From an uncultured Rikenellaceae bacterium (GTDB lineage Bacteria > Bacteroidota > Bacteroidia > Bacteroidales > VadinHA17), in contig CAZGGZ010000001.1 of assembly GCA_964525415.1 (NCBI GenBank), forward strand, positions 6,284-70,283: a DNA stretch of 64,000 nucleotides, given 5' to 3'. This document shows, piece after piece, positions 57,007 through 64,000 of the stretch. The translations under genes and the position numbers were made by a program. The notes beneath the pieces were generated by a model that had not been told where the DNA came from, made no database searches, and saw only the letters and a program-made list of their open reading frames with translations. Every line of letters starts with the position of its first letter. Position 1 is the stretch's first letter.

Positions 57007-58923
57007 TTACATGATATTAAACTCCCTGTCTTTCAAAACGCCGCCCCTGGTTGACAGAACGCTGGCTTTGCCTTTCAATTCAGCTCTTGAATAAAGCCTG
57101 ATATTGAAGACAGCCGTTGTCACGGAACCTCCTTCCGTGAAAGGAACTGTTTTAAAAACCGGCCTTCTCTGCTCCTGTCTTTCAAAATCTGAAAAACCCC
57201 CTCTCATCATATCTCTTTCTCCGGGTGGTTGCTTTTCTTCAAGGATTTTGTATCCCGGTTTCCCTGAGGAAGAACCTGCTGTATCAAGTTCAAGGACAAC
57301 CCTGTCTTCAGCAACTATTTTTACCAGATGAGCCTGCTTCAGGGCTGTTGGCAGCTTACCAGTGTTCCTGAAGCTCACTTTCAGCTGGTAATCGGCTGAA
57401 TCTGCCTTATATGACCTGACCTTTTTCACCTCGATGTTTTCCCATGCCAGTCCGGGAAGATGTTGTGCCATCTCAATGTTGAAGAGTCCCTGGTTTCTTA
57501 TCCATGGTTCCAGGTGCCTTGAAGGGGGATTCTGAGAGAAGAATTTGGGATCAAATCCTCCGATCTCAATATCACCGTATACAGGATGCCTGGCGGGCTT
57601 CCATTCAAAGAATCCGAGACCGTCATTTTCCTCATCGTCCCATCTGATACCGTCAACCTGGTCTATAGTACCGTCTTTGTCATAATCCCTGTTCCTGCCG
57701 CTGTTCCATATTTCATCACCATACCATATTGCCCCGTAGTACCAGTAACCGAAGTCAGGGCCATGGCCAAAAAGAGGACTACCGTTGCCATAATCATCGA
57801 AAACATCTCCCGCTTTTTCATACCCGGTTATTTTCCTGCCTATTTCATCAAAAAGCTCGTACCATTTCAGGTCCTCGGGGTACATCCTCTCGGCGGAAGG
57901 AGACGTTGAAGGCGGTCTGAGATGCATAGGCACACTGGTATCCATTGAATTCACAACATACACATTGGGATGTGAAAGAAGAAAGGTTACAACTGCCCGG
58001 GTTTCAGTTTCGCTTAACGGATATTCTCCCGCTCCCCGCTGTGTATTCCCCCTCCCTGTTGCTTCCTCCTCCGGCCTCCAGTTCTCGGGATAGTTCCTGT
58101 GAAGGTCAAGCCCTCCTATGCCGTCTTCATTTATACGGCCGTCGTTGTCATTATCAATTCCCTCATTCGACGAGAGGTATATGCCCTTCCCCGGAGCGAC
58201 TCTTTTCATTATCCTTCCTGTGGAATCCCTGGGATCAGGAATCAGGTTTCCTTTCTTTTCATCTTTCCACCTCATTGTAAGAATAATGCCATTGCTGTCC
58301 AGATCATCAGGAGCATCCTCATCCAGCAGTCCGTCATTATCATTATCGTCAGGACGAACCGTACTCCGGTTGCTTTGCGCAGTGTGCAGATAAAGATTAT
58401 GCCCGTCAGGATTGTTTACCGGTTTTAAATAGATTGTTTTTGTATCAATAAGCCGGGTAATTTCCGGATCCTTTCCGTAATTTTCCAGAAGGTATTTTAT
58501 CATCCACAGGACGCATTCAGCGCTTGTAATTTCACCGCTGTGACGGTTGCCTTCAAAGAATGCTGCCGGTTTATCAGTGTCCTTTCCTGTCTTTTTGTTT
58601 GTAATAGTGACCTGCATTATGGGACGCCCTTCAAAGCTTTCACCGATCTCATACAGGTCAATAATATCAGGATATTTGCCTGCCCATCTTTCAAGCCAGT
58701 CATAAATGACATTTGAAGCATGATATTTATCGAATGTCAGGCTGTCCGTTGTCTCATACTGAACATGCATAAGCTTTGTCTGCGGGAAATAGCTTACACC
58801 ATGTCTTGCTCCGGATACGGTATATCTGGGTGTTTTTTTTGACTGAAGCCGTTGAGCCAGGTCAGGTTGTCCGTACAATAAAACCGAAAAGAGAAGAACA
58901 GGGAGGAATAAAATTTTCTTCAT
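57007..58923 (-). CDS. Secreted M14-family zinc carboxypeptidase with Asp-rich Ca-binding-like inserts
   Basis: Signal peptide MKKILFLPVLLFSVLLYGQ, zinc motif NRHSGEITSAE, NNPDGHN, and D-rich loops DDNDNDGLLDEDAPDDLD and DNDNDGRINEDG. The start was moved to ATG 58923. Confidence 0.88.
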   Translation of the reverse strand: MKKILFLPVLLFSVLLYGQPDLAQRLQSKKTPRYTVSGARHGVSYFPQTKLMHVQYETTDSLTFDKYHASNVIYDWLERWAGKYPDIIDLYEIGESFEGRPIMQVTITNKKTGKDTDKPAAFFEGNRHSGEITSAECVLWMIKYLLENYGKDPEITRLIDTKTIYLKPVNNPDGHNLYLHTAQSNRSTVRPDDNDNDGLLDEDAPDDLDSNGIILTMRWKDEKKGNLIPDPRDSTGRIMKRVAPGKGIYLSSNEGIDNDNDGRINEDGIGGLDLHRNYPENWRPEEEATGRGNTQRGAGEYPLSETETRAVVTFLLSHPNVYVVNSMDTSVPMHLRPPSTSPSAERMYPEDLKWYELFDEIGRKITGYEKAGDVFDDYGNGSPLFGHGPDFGYWYYGAIWYGDEIWNSGRNRDYDKDGTIDQVDGIRWDDEENDGLGFFEWKPARHPVYGDIEIGGFDPKFFSQNPPSRHLEPWIRNQGLFNIEMAQHLPGLAWENIEVKKVRSYKADSADYQLKVSFRNTGKLPTALKQAHLVKIVAEDRVVLELDTAGSSSGKPGYKILEEKQPPGERDMMRGGFSDFERQEQRRPVFKTVPFTEGGSVTTAVFNIRLYSRAELKGKASVLSTRGGVLKDREFNIM

Positions 58924-58995
58924 AATAAAATGGTTAAGTGCTTTAATCATGATAGAAGAAATATCCTGGTCCCGGGCATGGCATGCATCAGGGAT

Positions 58996-59691
58996 TCATC
59001 CTCTTTTAGAAAGGATCTCAAGTTTATTTATATCTGCTATCTCAATTGTTTTTCCGAATACTTTAATGATTCCGTCCTTCTTAAAATCAGAAAGTGTTCG
59101 TATGACATTGGCGGTACTCATCCCTATGTACTCGGCAATCTCCTTACGTGAAACAGGGAGGTCAAAAACCCTTGTGTTATATATCTCTTTAGCGAAATAA
59201 AGAAGCACAAATGCAACGCGGCCTATAAGGTTTTTCTGTCGTATATCGAGTGTCTGGCTGATGATTTTATCGTTTATTTTTGATATCCTTGTCAGGAGAC
59301 CTATGGCAAAAGCCCCGTTTTTCAGAGAGAGGTTCCTGATAAACTCAAGCCTGATAATGCACACTACAGAATCCTCAACGGCTGAAACTGAATATATGTA
59401 TCTTTCATCAGAAAATATGCTGACATTGCTGACAAATTCAAACGGGCGCACTATTGTTATTATCTGATCCCCTCCCGAGGCAGTGCTCCTGAACAACTTA
59501 ACCAGTCCGCTTTTAAGGTACTTGAATTCAGTAATTTTATCTCCTTCACGATGGATCATTTCACCTTTACCGAATGAACGTTCCACTTTGTTGTCACACA
59601 ACTCCTTTACAGCATGATTATCAAGAAATTCAAAAACAACATTCCTGAATTCACAATTCTCACAGTTACACGGTGTGTGCTTCTCCCCCAT
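58996..59691 (-). CDS. Crp/Fnr-family transcriptional regulator with FNR-like cysteine set
   Basis: 231 aa with N-terminal CNCENC, a cNMP-like beta-roll, VEDSVVCIIRLEF (resembling FNR ETSMVCEIPFE around Cys122), and the C-terminal HTH RKEIAEYIGMSTANVIRTLSDF. Confidence 0.88.
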   Translation of the reverse strand: MGEKHTPCNCENCEFRNVVFEFLDNHAVKELCDNKVERSFGKGEMIHREGDKITEFKYLKSGLVKLFRSTASGGDQIITIVRPFEFVSNVSIFSDERYIYSVSAVEDSVVCIIRLEFIRNLSLKNGAFAIGLLTRISKINDKIISQTLDIRQKNLIGRVAFVLLYFAKEIYNTRVFDLPVSRKEIAEYIGMSTANVIRTLSDFKKDGIIKVFGKTIEIADINKLEILSKRG

Positions 59692-59707
59692 GACATTTAC
59701 TTTTGTA

Positions 59708-59715
59708 CAAATTTA
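59708..59715 (-). promoter_or_regulatory. -7 box (TAAATTTG on the minus strand) for the Crp/Fnr gene
   Basis: Exact TAnnTTTG 17 nt upstream of ATG 59691. Confidence 0.35.
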
Positions 59716-59814
59716 CATTTTTCCTGATCACAATTTAATCCTTTGATTTGTTTTATTGCCAAATTTCGACCTATTTTGAAAAACAATCAGGCGGTGACAA
59801 ATCACAGATTCTTT

Positions 59815-60609
59815 ATGATCTATAAAACTGATTATCATATACATACTTCTTTCAGTGACGGCAAGGCCGTACCGGAGGATTATATACCAGCAGCAGTTTC
59901 TGCAGGAATATCCGAAATAGGATTTTCAGAGCATCTTTCATTATTCAGGGAGAACCAGGATTGGGTTATGAATCCTGAAAATGCTCCGGCGTATGTGAAT
60001 TATATTGATAATCTTAAAAAAAAATCCGACAGCATCATTATTAAAACCGGGATGGAGGTTGACTTTTTCCCCGGAAAGGAAAAAGAGATTGAAATGTTCC
60101 TGAACAATTTTGATCTTGATTACAGGATCGGATCTGTACATTATCTGGGTGAAAAATCTGTGGATCTCGGACCTGAATTCTATGAAGGAAAGAACATTGA
60201 TTCCCTTTATGAATCATATTTTGAGCACGTGATGGCGGCTGCAGGCTCAGGGCTTTTTGATATTATCGGACATTGTGATCTTATCAGGATATATGGCTAT
60301 AAACCTTCTTCCGATCCCGGGCCTCACTACAGAAAGCTCGCCAGGGTGATGAAGAAGAACAATGTGGCATTTGAGCTTAACACAAATGGAATGAACAGGC
60401 CGATGTCCGATTTTTATCCGGACCGCCGGTTCCTGAATGTTTTCAGGGAAGAAGAAGTACCTGTCTGCGTTAATTCCGACGCACATATGCCTTCGCGCGT
60501 GGGCCAATTCTTTGTTGAAGCCTATGGTCTTCTGAGAACTGCCGGATTTACTGAAATGGCTGTTTTTACCGGCAGAAAGAGAAAAATGATGCCATTCCGA
60601 CTAATTTAA
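59815..60609 (+). CDS. PHP-family histidinol-phosphatase (HisK type)
   Basis: MIYKTDYHIHTSFSDG, SEHL, GSVHY, GHCDLI and NSDAH metal-binding motifs. The start was moved to ATG 59815. Confidence 0.8.
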   Translation: MIYKTDYHIHTSFSDGKAVPEDYIPAAVSAGISEIGFSEHLSLFRENQDWVMNPENAPAYVNYIDNLKKKSDSIIIKTGMEVDFFPGKEKEIEMFLNNFDLDYRIGSVHYLGEKSVDLGPEFYEGKNIDSLYESYFEHVMAAAGSGLFDIIGHCDLIRIYGYKPSSDPGPHYRKLARVMKKNNVAFELNTNGMNRPMSDFYPDRRFLNVFREEEVPVCVNSDAHMPSRVGQFFVEAYGLLRTAGFTEMAVFTGRKRKMMPFRLI

Positions 60610-60663
60610 CCGGCGCAATTAATACGTGTCATATTTACACTTATTATCAAAACACTCCTGATC

Positions 60664-62619
60664 ATGAAAAAGATAATTAACCGCATTATTTATTGTTTTT
60701 TCATAATCCCTGCTGTTTCAGGCTGTACACAACGGGATGAAGGCATTATTTATACTGGCGGACCAGAAGTCGTTTCCTTCAGAGCTTTGCCTTTCGGACT
60801 TTCTGAAGTAAAACTCCTGGATGGTCCTTTTCTGCATGCTACAGAATTAAATATGCAGATCCTGCTTAACTATGAACCGGACAGACTGCTGGCAAGATTT
60901 TATTCCGAAGCCGGACTCAAGCCGAAGGCAGAACATTATATGGGTTGGGAAAATGAGTCTCTTGCAGGTCACAGCCTCGGACATTATCTGAGCGGCTGCT
61001 CCATGATGTTCCAGACCACTGGCGACAGCCGCTTCCTTGAGAGGGTGAATTATACTATCGATCAGCTTAAAATGCTCCAGGATGCTGATGGGGATGGCTA
61101 TATTGGTGCTTTCCCGAATGGCAAAAAGGTATTTGAGGAAGAAGTGGCCAGAGGAAATATAAGATCGGCAGGTTTTGACCTTAACGGTATCTGGGCTCCT
61201 TTTTACACCCAGCATAAGGTTCTGTCCGGTCTAAGGGATGCCTATCGCCTCTGCGGAAACCAGACAGCTCTTGAAGTGGAAAAGCGCTTTGCCGACTGGA
61301 TCGGAACCATCGTTACTCCGCTCAATGATGAACAGGTTCAAAAAATGCTTCACTGTGAGCACGGGGGCATCAGCGAAGCCCTTGCTGATCTGTATGCCGA
61401 TACAAAAGAGGAAAAATACCTTGAAATATCCCGGATCTTTTACCACAAAGCCGTCCTGGATCCCCTTAAAGAAGAGCAGGATATTTTACCAGGCAGACAT
61501 GCAAACACAAATATCCCAAAGCTTATTTCCTTATCGCGCCTCTATGAACTTACCGGGGATACATCCGACAGGAAAGCCGCAGAATTTTTCTGGCAAACTG
61601 TTACTGAACACCATTCTTATGTTACAGGAGGCAATGGTAATGATGAATACTTTGGTCCTGCCGACAGGCTCAGGAACCGTCTCGGGGAAGGGACAACCGA
61701 ATCATGCAATGTATATAATATGCTGAAGCTGACAGAACATCTTTTTGAGTGGGAAGCCTCAGCCGGCACGGCAGATTTTTATGAACGGGCCTTGTTCAAC
61801 CATATTCTCTCCTCTCAAAATCCTGAAGACGGGCATGTTGTTTATAATCTTTCTCTGGACATGGGCGGTTTCAAGGATTTCCAGGATCCCGAATGGTTTA
61901 CCTGCTGTATCGGGACAGGTATGGAAAACCATTCAAAATACGGAAAGAATATTTACTATCATAATGACAATGAGTTATTTATATTTCAGTTTATTGCCTC
62001 TGAACTCAGATGGAAGGAAAAAGGTCTGACAGTGATCCAGAATACAGGATATCCTGAGGAACATGAGACAACCCTGGGGTTCCAATGTGAAAAGCCTCTG
62101 AAGCTGACTCTTCAGATCAGATATCCTTCCTGGGCAGAAAAGGGCATTGAGATTAAGATAAATGGAAGTAAAAAACGGGTAAAAGAACTTCCGGGATCAT
62201 TCATTGCTATCGACAGAAAATGGGAAACAGGCGACAGGGTGGAAGTAAGTATCCCGTTCTCCCTGCGGCTTGAATCAATGCCCGACGACAGCAGCCGTGT
62301 AGCCGTTATGTATGGTCCGCTGGTAATGGCAGGAGATCTTGGTCCGGTTAAGGATGCTGTTCCGCGGGATATAATGTATGTTCCCGTAATGATGACAGAC
62401 AACAGGGATCCCTCAGCATGGATGAAACCGGTTGAAGGTAAAGCAAACACTTTCATGACAACCAATACCGGAAGGCCGCGCGATGTTGAAATGAAACCTT
62501 TTTATACCGTTTATAACCGAAGATATTCGGTTTACTGGGATCTGTTTACAGAAGACGGATGGCAGAAAAGACAGGAGGAATATCAGGGGAGAAAGAACTA
62601 CGCCGTACCGGTTCAATGA
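60664..62619 (+). CDS. Glycoside hydrolase family 127 (DUF1680, beta-L-arabinofuranosidase-like), probably C-terminally disrupted
   Basis: 651 aa with a lipoprotein-like signal (IIPAVSGC). The GH127 zinc/catalytic residues are intact (TTESCNVYN and WFTCCIGTG). The frame ends at 62619 while the next ORF frame is open from 62495. Confidence 0.85.
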   Translation: MKKIINRIIYCFFIIPAVSGCTQRDEGIIYTGGPEVVSFRALPFGLSEVKLLDGPFLHATELNMQILLNYEPDRLLARFYSEAGLKPKAEHYMGWENESLAGHSLGHYLSGCSMMFQTTGDSRFLERVNYTIDQLKMLQDADGDGYIGAFPNGKKVFEEEVARGNIRSAGFDLNGIWAPFYTQHKVLSGLRDAYRLCGNQTALEVEKRFADWIGTIVTPLNDEQVQKMLHCEHGGISEALADLYADTKEEKYLEISRIFYHKAVLDPLKEEQDILPGRHANTNIPKLISLSRLYELTGDTSDRKAAEFFWQTVTEHHSYVTGGNGNDEYFGPADRLRNRLGEGTTESCNVYNMLKLTEHLFEWEASAGTADFYERALFNHILSSQNPEDGHVVYNLSLDMGGFKDFQDPEWFTCCIGTGMENHSKYGKNIYYHNDNELFIFQFIASELRWKEKGLTVIQNTGYPEEHETTLGFQCEKPLKLTLQIRYPSWAEKGIEIKINGSKKRVKELPGSFIAIDRKWETGDRVEVSIPFSLRLESMPDDSSRVAVMYGPLVMAGDLGPVKDAVPRDIMYVPVMMTDNRDPSAWMKPVEGKANTFMTTNTGRPRDVEMKPFYTVYNRRYSVYWDLFTEDGWQKRQEEYQGRKNYAVPVQ

Positions 62620-62932
62620 CAGAGCCTGCAGGGAATCAAGGGGAGGATGGTTTTCCTTCGACTTGAAAACAGGCGGTGTGAAGCCTTTAGTCCTGGCAGT
62701 TGATTATTGGGGTGGATTTCCAGGGGCAAAAACCTTTGATATACTTGTAAATGAAAAGATCATTGCAACGGAAAATATTTCTAATAAAAAAGACGGGCAG
62801 TTCATTACTGCTCAATATGGTGTCCCTGAAGAACTGGTCAGTGGAAAATCAAAAATCGCAGTAAAGTTTCAGGCTTACCCGGGAAATACTGCGGGACCGG
62901 TGTTCGGAGTGAGGACAATCACCTTATTCTGA
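62495..62932 (+). pseudogene. Detached C-terminal segment of the GH127-family gene (frameshift/deletion junction)
   Basis: The frame is open from 62495 and reads ...GERTTPYRFNDRACRESRGGWFSFDLKTGGVKPLVLAVDYWGGFPGAKTFDILVNEKIIATENI...KFQAYPGNTAGPVFGVRT. The track ORF starts at a TTG (62663) with no promoter. The segment overlaps the 3' end of the GH127 frame by 125 nt. Confidence 0.5.
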
Positions 62933-63062
62933 CCACACCTTCAGCAACTTTCCTGAACTTAGTCATGACCAGTGGATCATGTCCCGGGATGGTCAGGTTT
63001 TTATTGCTAAACAGTGTTATCGTCTCTTCTTGTCGTATTGCATTTGCGCCCGCATCATTCAT
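62919..63062 (-). pseudogene. Possible 3' remnant of an MBL-fold hydrolase gene
   Basis: 47-codon minus-strand ORF, with the frame open slightly further upstream. It ends ...ITLFSNKNLTIPGHDPLVMTKFRKVAEGVVRIR, resembling the PGHDP C-terminal tail of MBL-fold lactonase-like proteins (memory only). No N-terminal part is present. Confidence 0.25.
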
Positions 63063-63102
63063 TGCTGTTGCAGGGAGTCTGCTATTTGAACCAAATTCTT
63101 TG

Positions 63103-63110
63103 TAACTTTG
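63103..63110 (+). promoter_or_regulatory. -7 box (TAACTTTG) for the terminal lipoprotein gene
   Basis: Exact TAnnTTTG 19 nt upstream of ATG 63130, with TTTG at 63085..63088. Confidence 0.35.
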
Positions 63111-63129
63111 AATTTAAGTGATCATCAAT

Positions 63130-64000
63130 ATGAAAAAGCCTGTCAGATTTTTAGCTGCAATCATAGCGGTATTCCTGCTCTTCGCCTGCAATGAAGCAAA
63201 ACTTCCTGTTGTTACAACAACTGTAGTTACTGATATTTCAACAACTACAGCTTTATCAGGAGGTGTTATTACTGATGACGGAGGAGGGACAATTATGGCA
63301 AATGGTGTATGCTGGGATACTATTGGCAGACCAAAAATCAATGACAGCATAACAGTTGATACAATCGAATCTTTATCTTTTACAAGTCATTTATCCGGAC
63401 TCTCTCCGAATACAACATATTATGTAAAAGCTTATGCTTCTAATATTGCAGGCACCGGATATGGAAGTATCGAATCTTTCACCACCCTCGGCGGTGAACC
63501 TTCCTCAACTGCCCTTGATGCTTCAAATATTGAACCTCATTCAGCCACGCTGAACGGAACTGTCACTCCAAACCTTCTGTCAACAAGTGTGAATTTTGAA
63601 TATGGCACATCAACAAGTTACGGCAACACAGCTTCTCCTGCACAAAGTCCGGTTACAGGAGAAACAGCTGTTAACGTTACTGCAGATATTACGGATTTGA
63701 CTCCCGGAATGACATATCATTTCAGGATCAAAGCTGAAAATTCACTGGGAATAATCTACAGCAATGACATGACCTTTACAACTCCGGGAAAGGTACCTGA
63801 CGCTGAAGCTGAAGATGTTACAAGTTTGAAATTAAATACAGTCACATTAAACGGCGCCGTGAATCCCAATTATCTTTCTACCACAGTTGTTTTTGAGTTT
63901 GGAACCACAACTGGTTATGGAAATACAGCAATCCCGTCACAAAGTGCTATTACTGGCAGCATTCCGGTAAATGTCAGTGCTGATCTTTCAGGATTGACTT
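63130..64000 (+). CDS. Cell-surface lipoprotein made of tandem FN3/Ig-like modules; 3' end beyond the window
   Basis: Absent from the track (no stop in the window). I translated all 290 codons without a stop. MKKPVRFLAAIIAVFLLFAC gives a lipobox. At least three modules of about 95-100 aa each end in a motif like TPGMTYHFRIKAEN / SPNTTYYVKAYASN ... FTT. Confidence 0.8.
   Translation, partial: MKKPVRFLAAIIAVFLLFACNEAKLPVVTTTVVTDISTTTALSGGVITDDGGGTIMANGVCWDTIGRPKINDSITVDTIESLSFTSHLSGLSPNTTYYVKAYASNIAGTGYGSIESFTTLGGEPSSTALDASNIEPHSATLNGTVTPNLLSTSVNFEYGTSTSYGNTASPAQSPVTGETAVNVTADITDLTPGMTYHFRIKAENSLGIIYSNDMTFTTPGKVPDAEAEDVTSLKLNTVTLNGAVNPNYLSTTVVFEFGTTTGYGNTAIPSQSAITGSIPVNVSADLSGLT

Noticed and set aside
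59702-59711. Perfect 10-bp palindrome TTTGTACAAA overlapping the Crp/Fnr -7 box, considered as an FNR box
   Set aside because: It does not match the TTGAT-N4-ATCAA architecture and is too short for a dimeric Crp/Fnr site. It is largely a by-product of the TTTG-containing promoter motif on an AT-rich background.
62495-62665. Selenocysteine (TGA) read-through joining the GH127 ORF to the downstream ORF, prompted by mnmH in the window
   Set aside because: The downstream ORF is in a different reading frame from the TGA at 62617..62619, so read-through cannot join them. The epimerase remnant's first stop is TAA. No SECIS-like context was evident.

Overview
This is a dense, mostly housekeeping chromosomal segment that looks like a Bacteroidota genome. 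That assignment is inferred from gene content and from many intergenic TAnnTTTG -7 box motifs. There are about 58 protein genes, mostly on the minus strand, with very short intergenic spacers. I recognised no rRNA, tRNA, CRISPR array, transposase or integrase. Core content: ettA and a complete H+-type F1Fo ATP synthase in two same-strand blocks. The first block is bactofilin-atpZ-membrane protein-atpBEFHAG-polyprenyl synthase; the second is atpDC followed 10 nt later by an aromatic amino acid decarboxylase. Also present are yceD-rpmF-plsX-fabH, rsgA, a PPi-type phosphofructokinase, mnmH (tRNA 2-selenouridine synthase), pepE and a PHP histidinol phosphatase. Envelope and regulatory content: a YfiR-like/PP2C phosphatase with a divergent orphan receiver, and a DUF2723 giant membrane protein paired with a 970-aa HExxH/PD40 protein. 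There is also a LiaF-like x2 + LytS-type kinase + LytTR regulator module, an ECF sigma/anti-sigma/OM barrel trio, and an AsmA-like/orphan kinase/U32 operon. I do not see a classical defence island or mobile element, so much of the window is ordinary. Four candidates look most like uncharacterised systems. (1) An eight-gene co-directional array (29.6-37.0 kb) encodes an EF-hand-bearing TetR, a LolA-like periplasmic protein, two LolC/E-like permeases, a LolD-like ATPase, an OM barrel, an ICMT-type methyltransferase and YidD. (2) An FNR-like regulator, M14 carboxypeptidase, Tat-signal TldD and signal-less PmbA form a second array (54.1-59.7 kb). (3) A hybrid sensor kinase has Tyr in place of the phospho-accepting His and degenerate ATP-binding boxes. 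(4) A GH16-fold protein has lost both catalytic glutamates and carries N-terminal helical repeats. Three decayed gene remnants lie in the 53.6-63.1 kb part. All functional calls rest on motif-level reading and recalled family knowledge; no database search was run.
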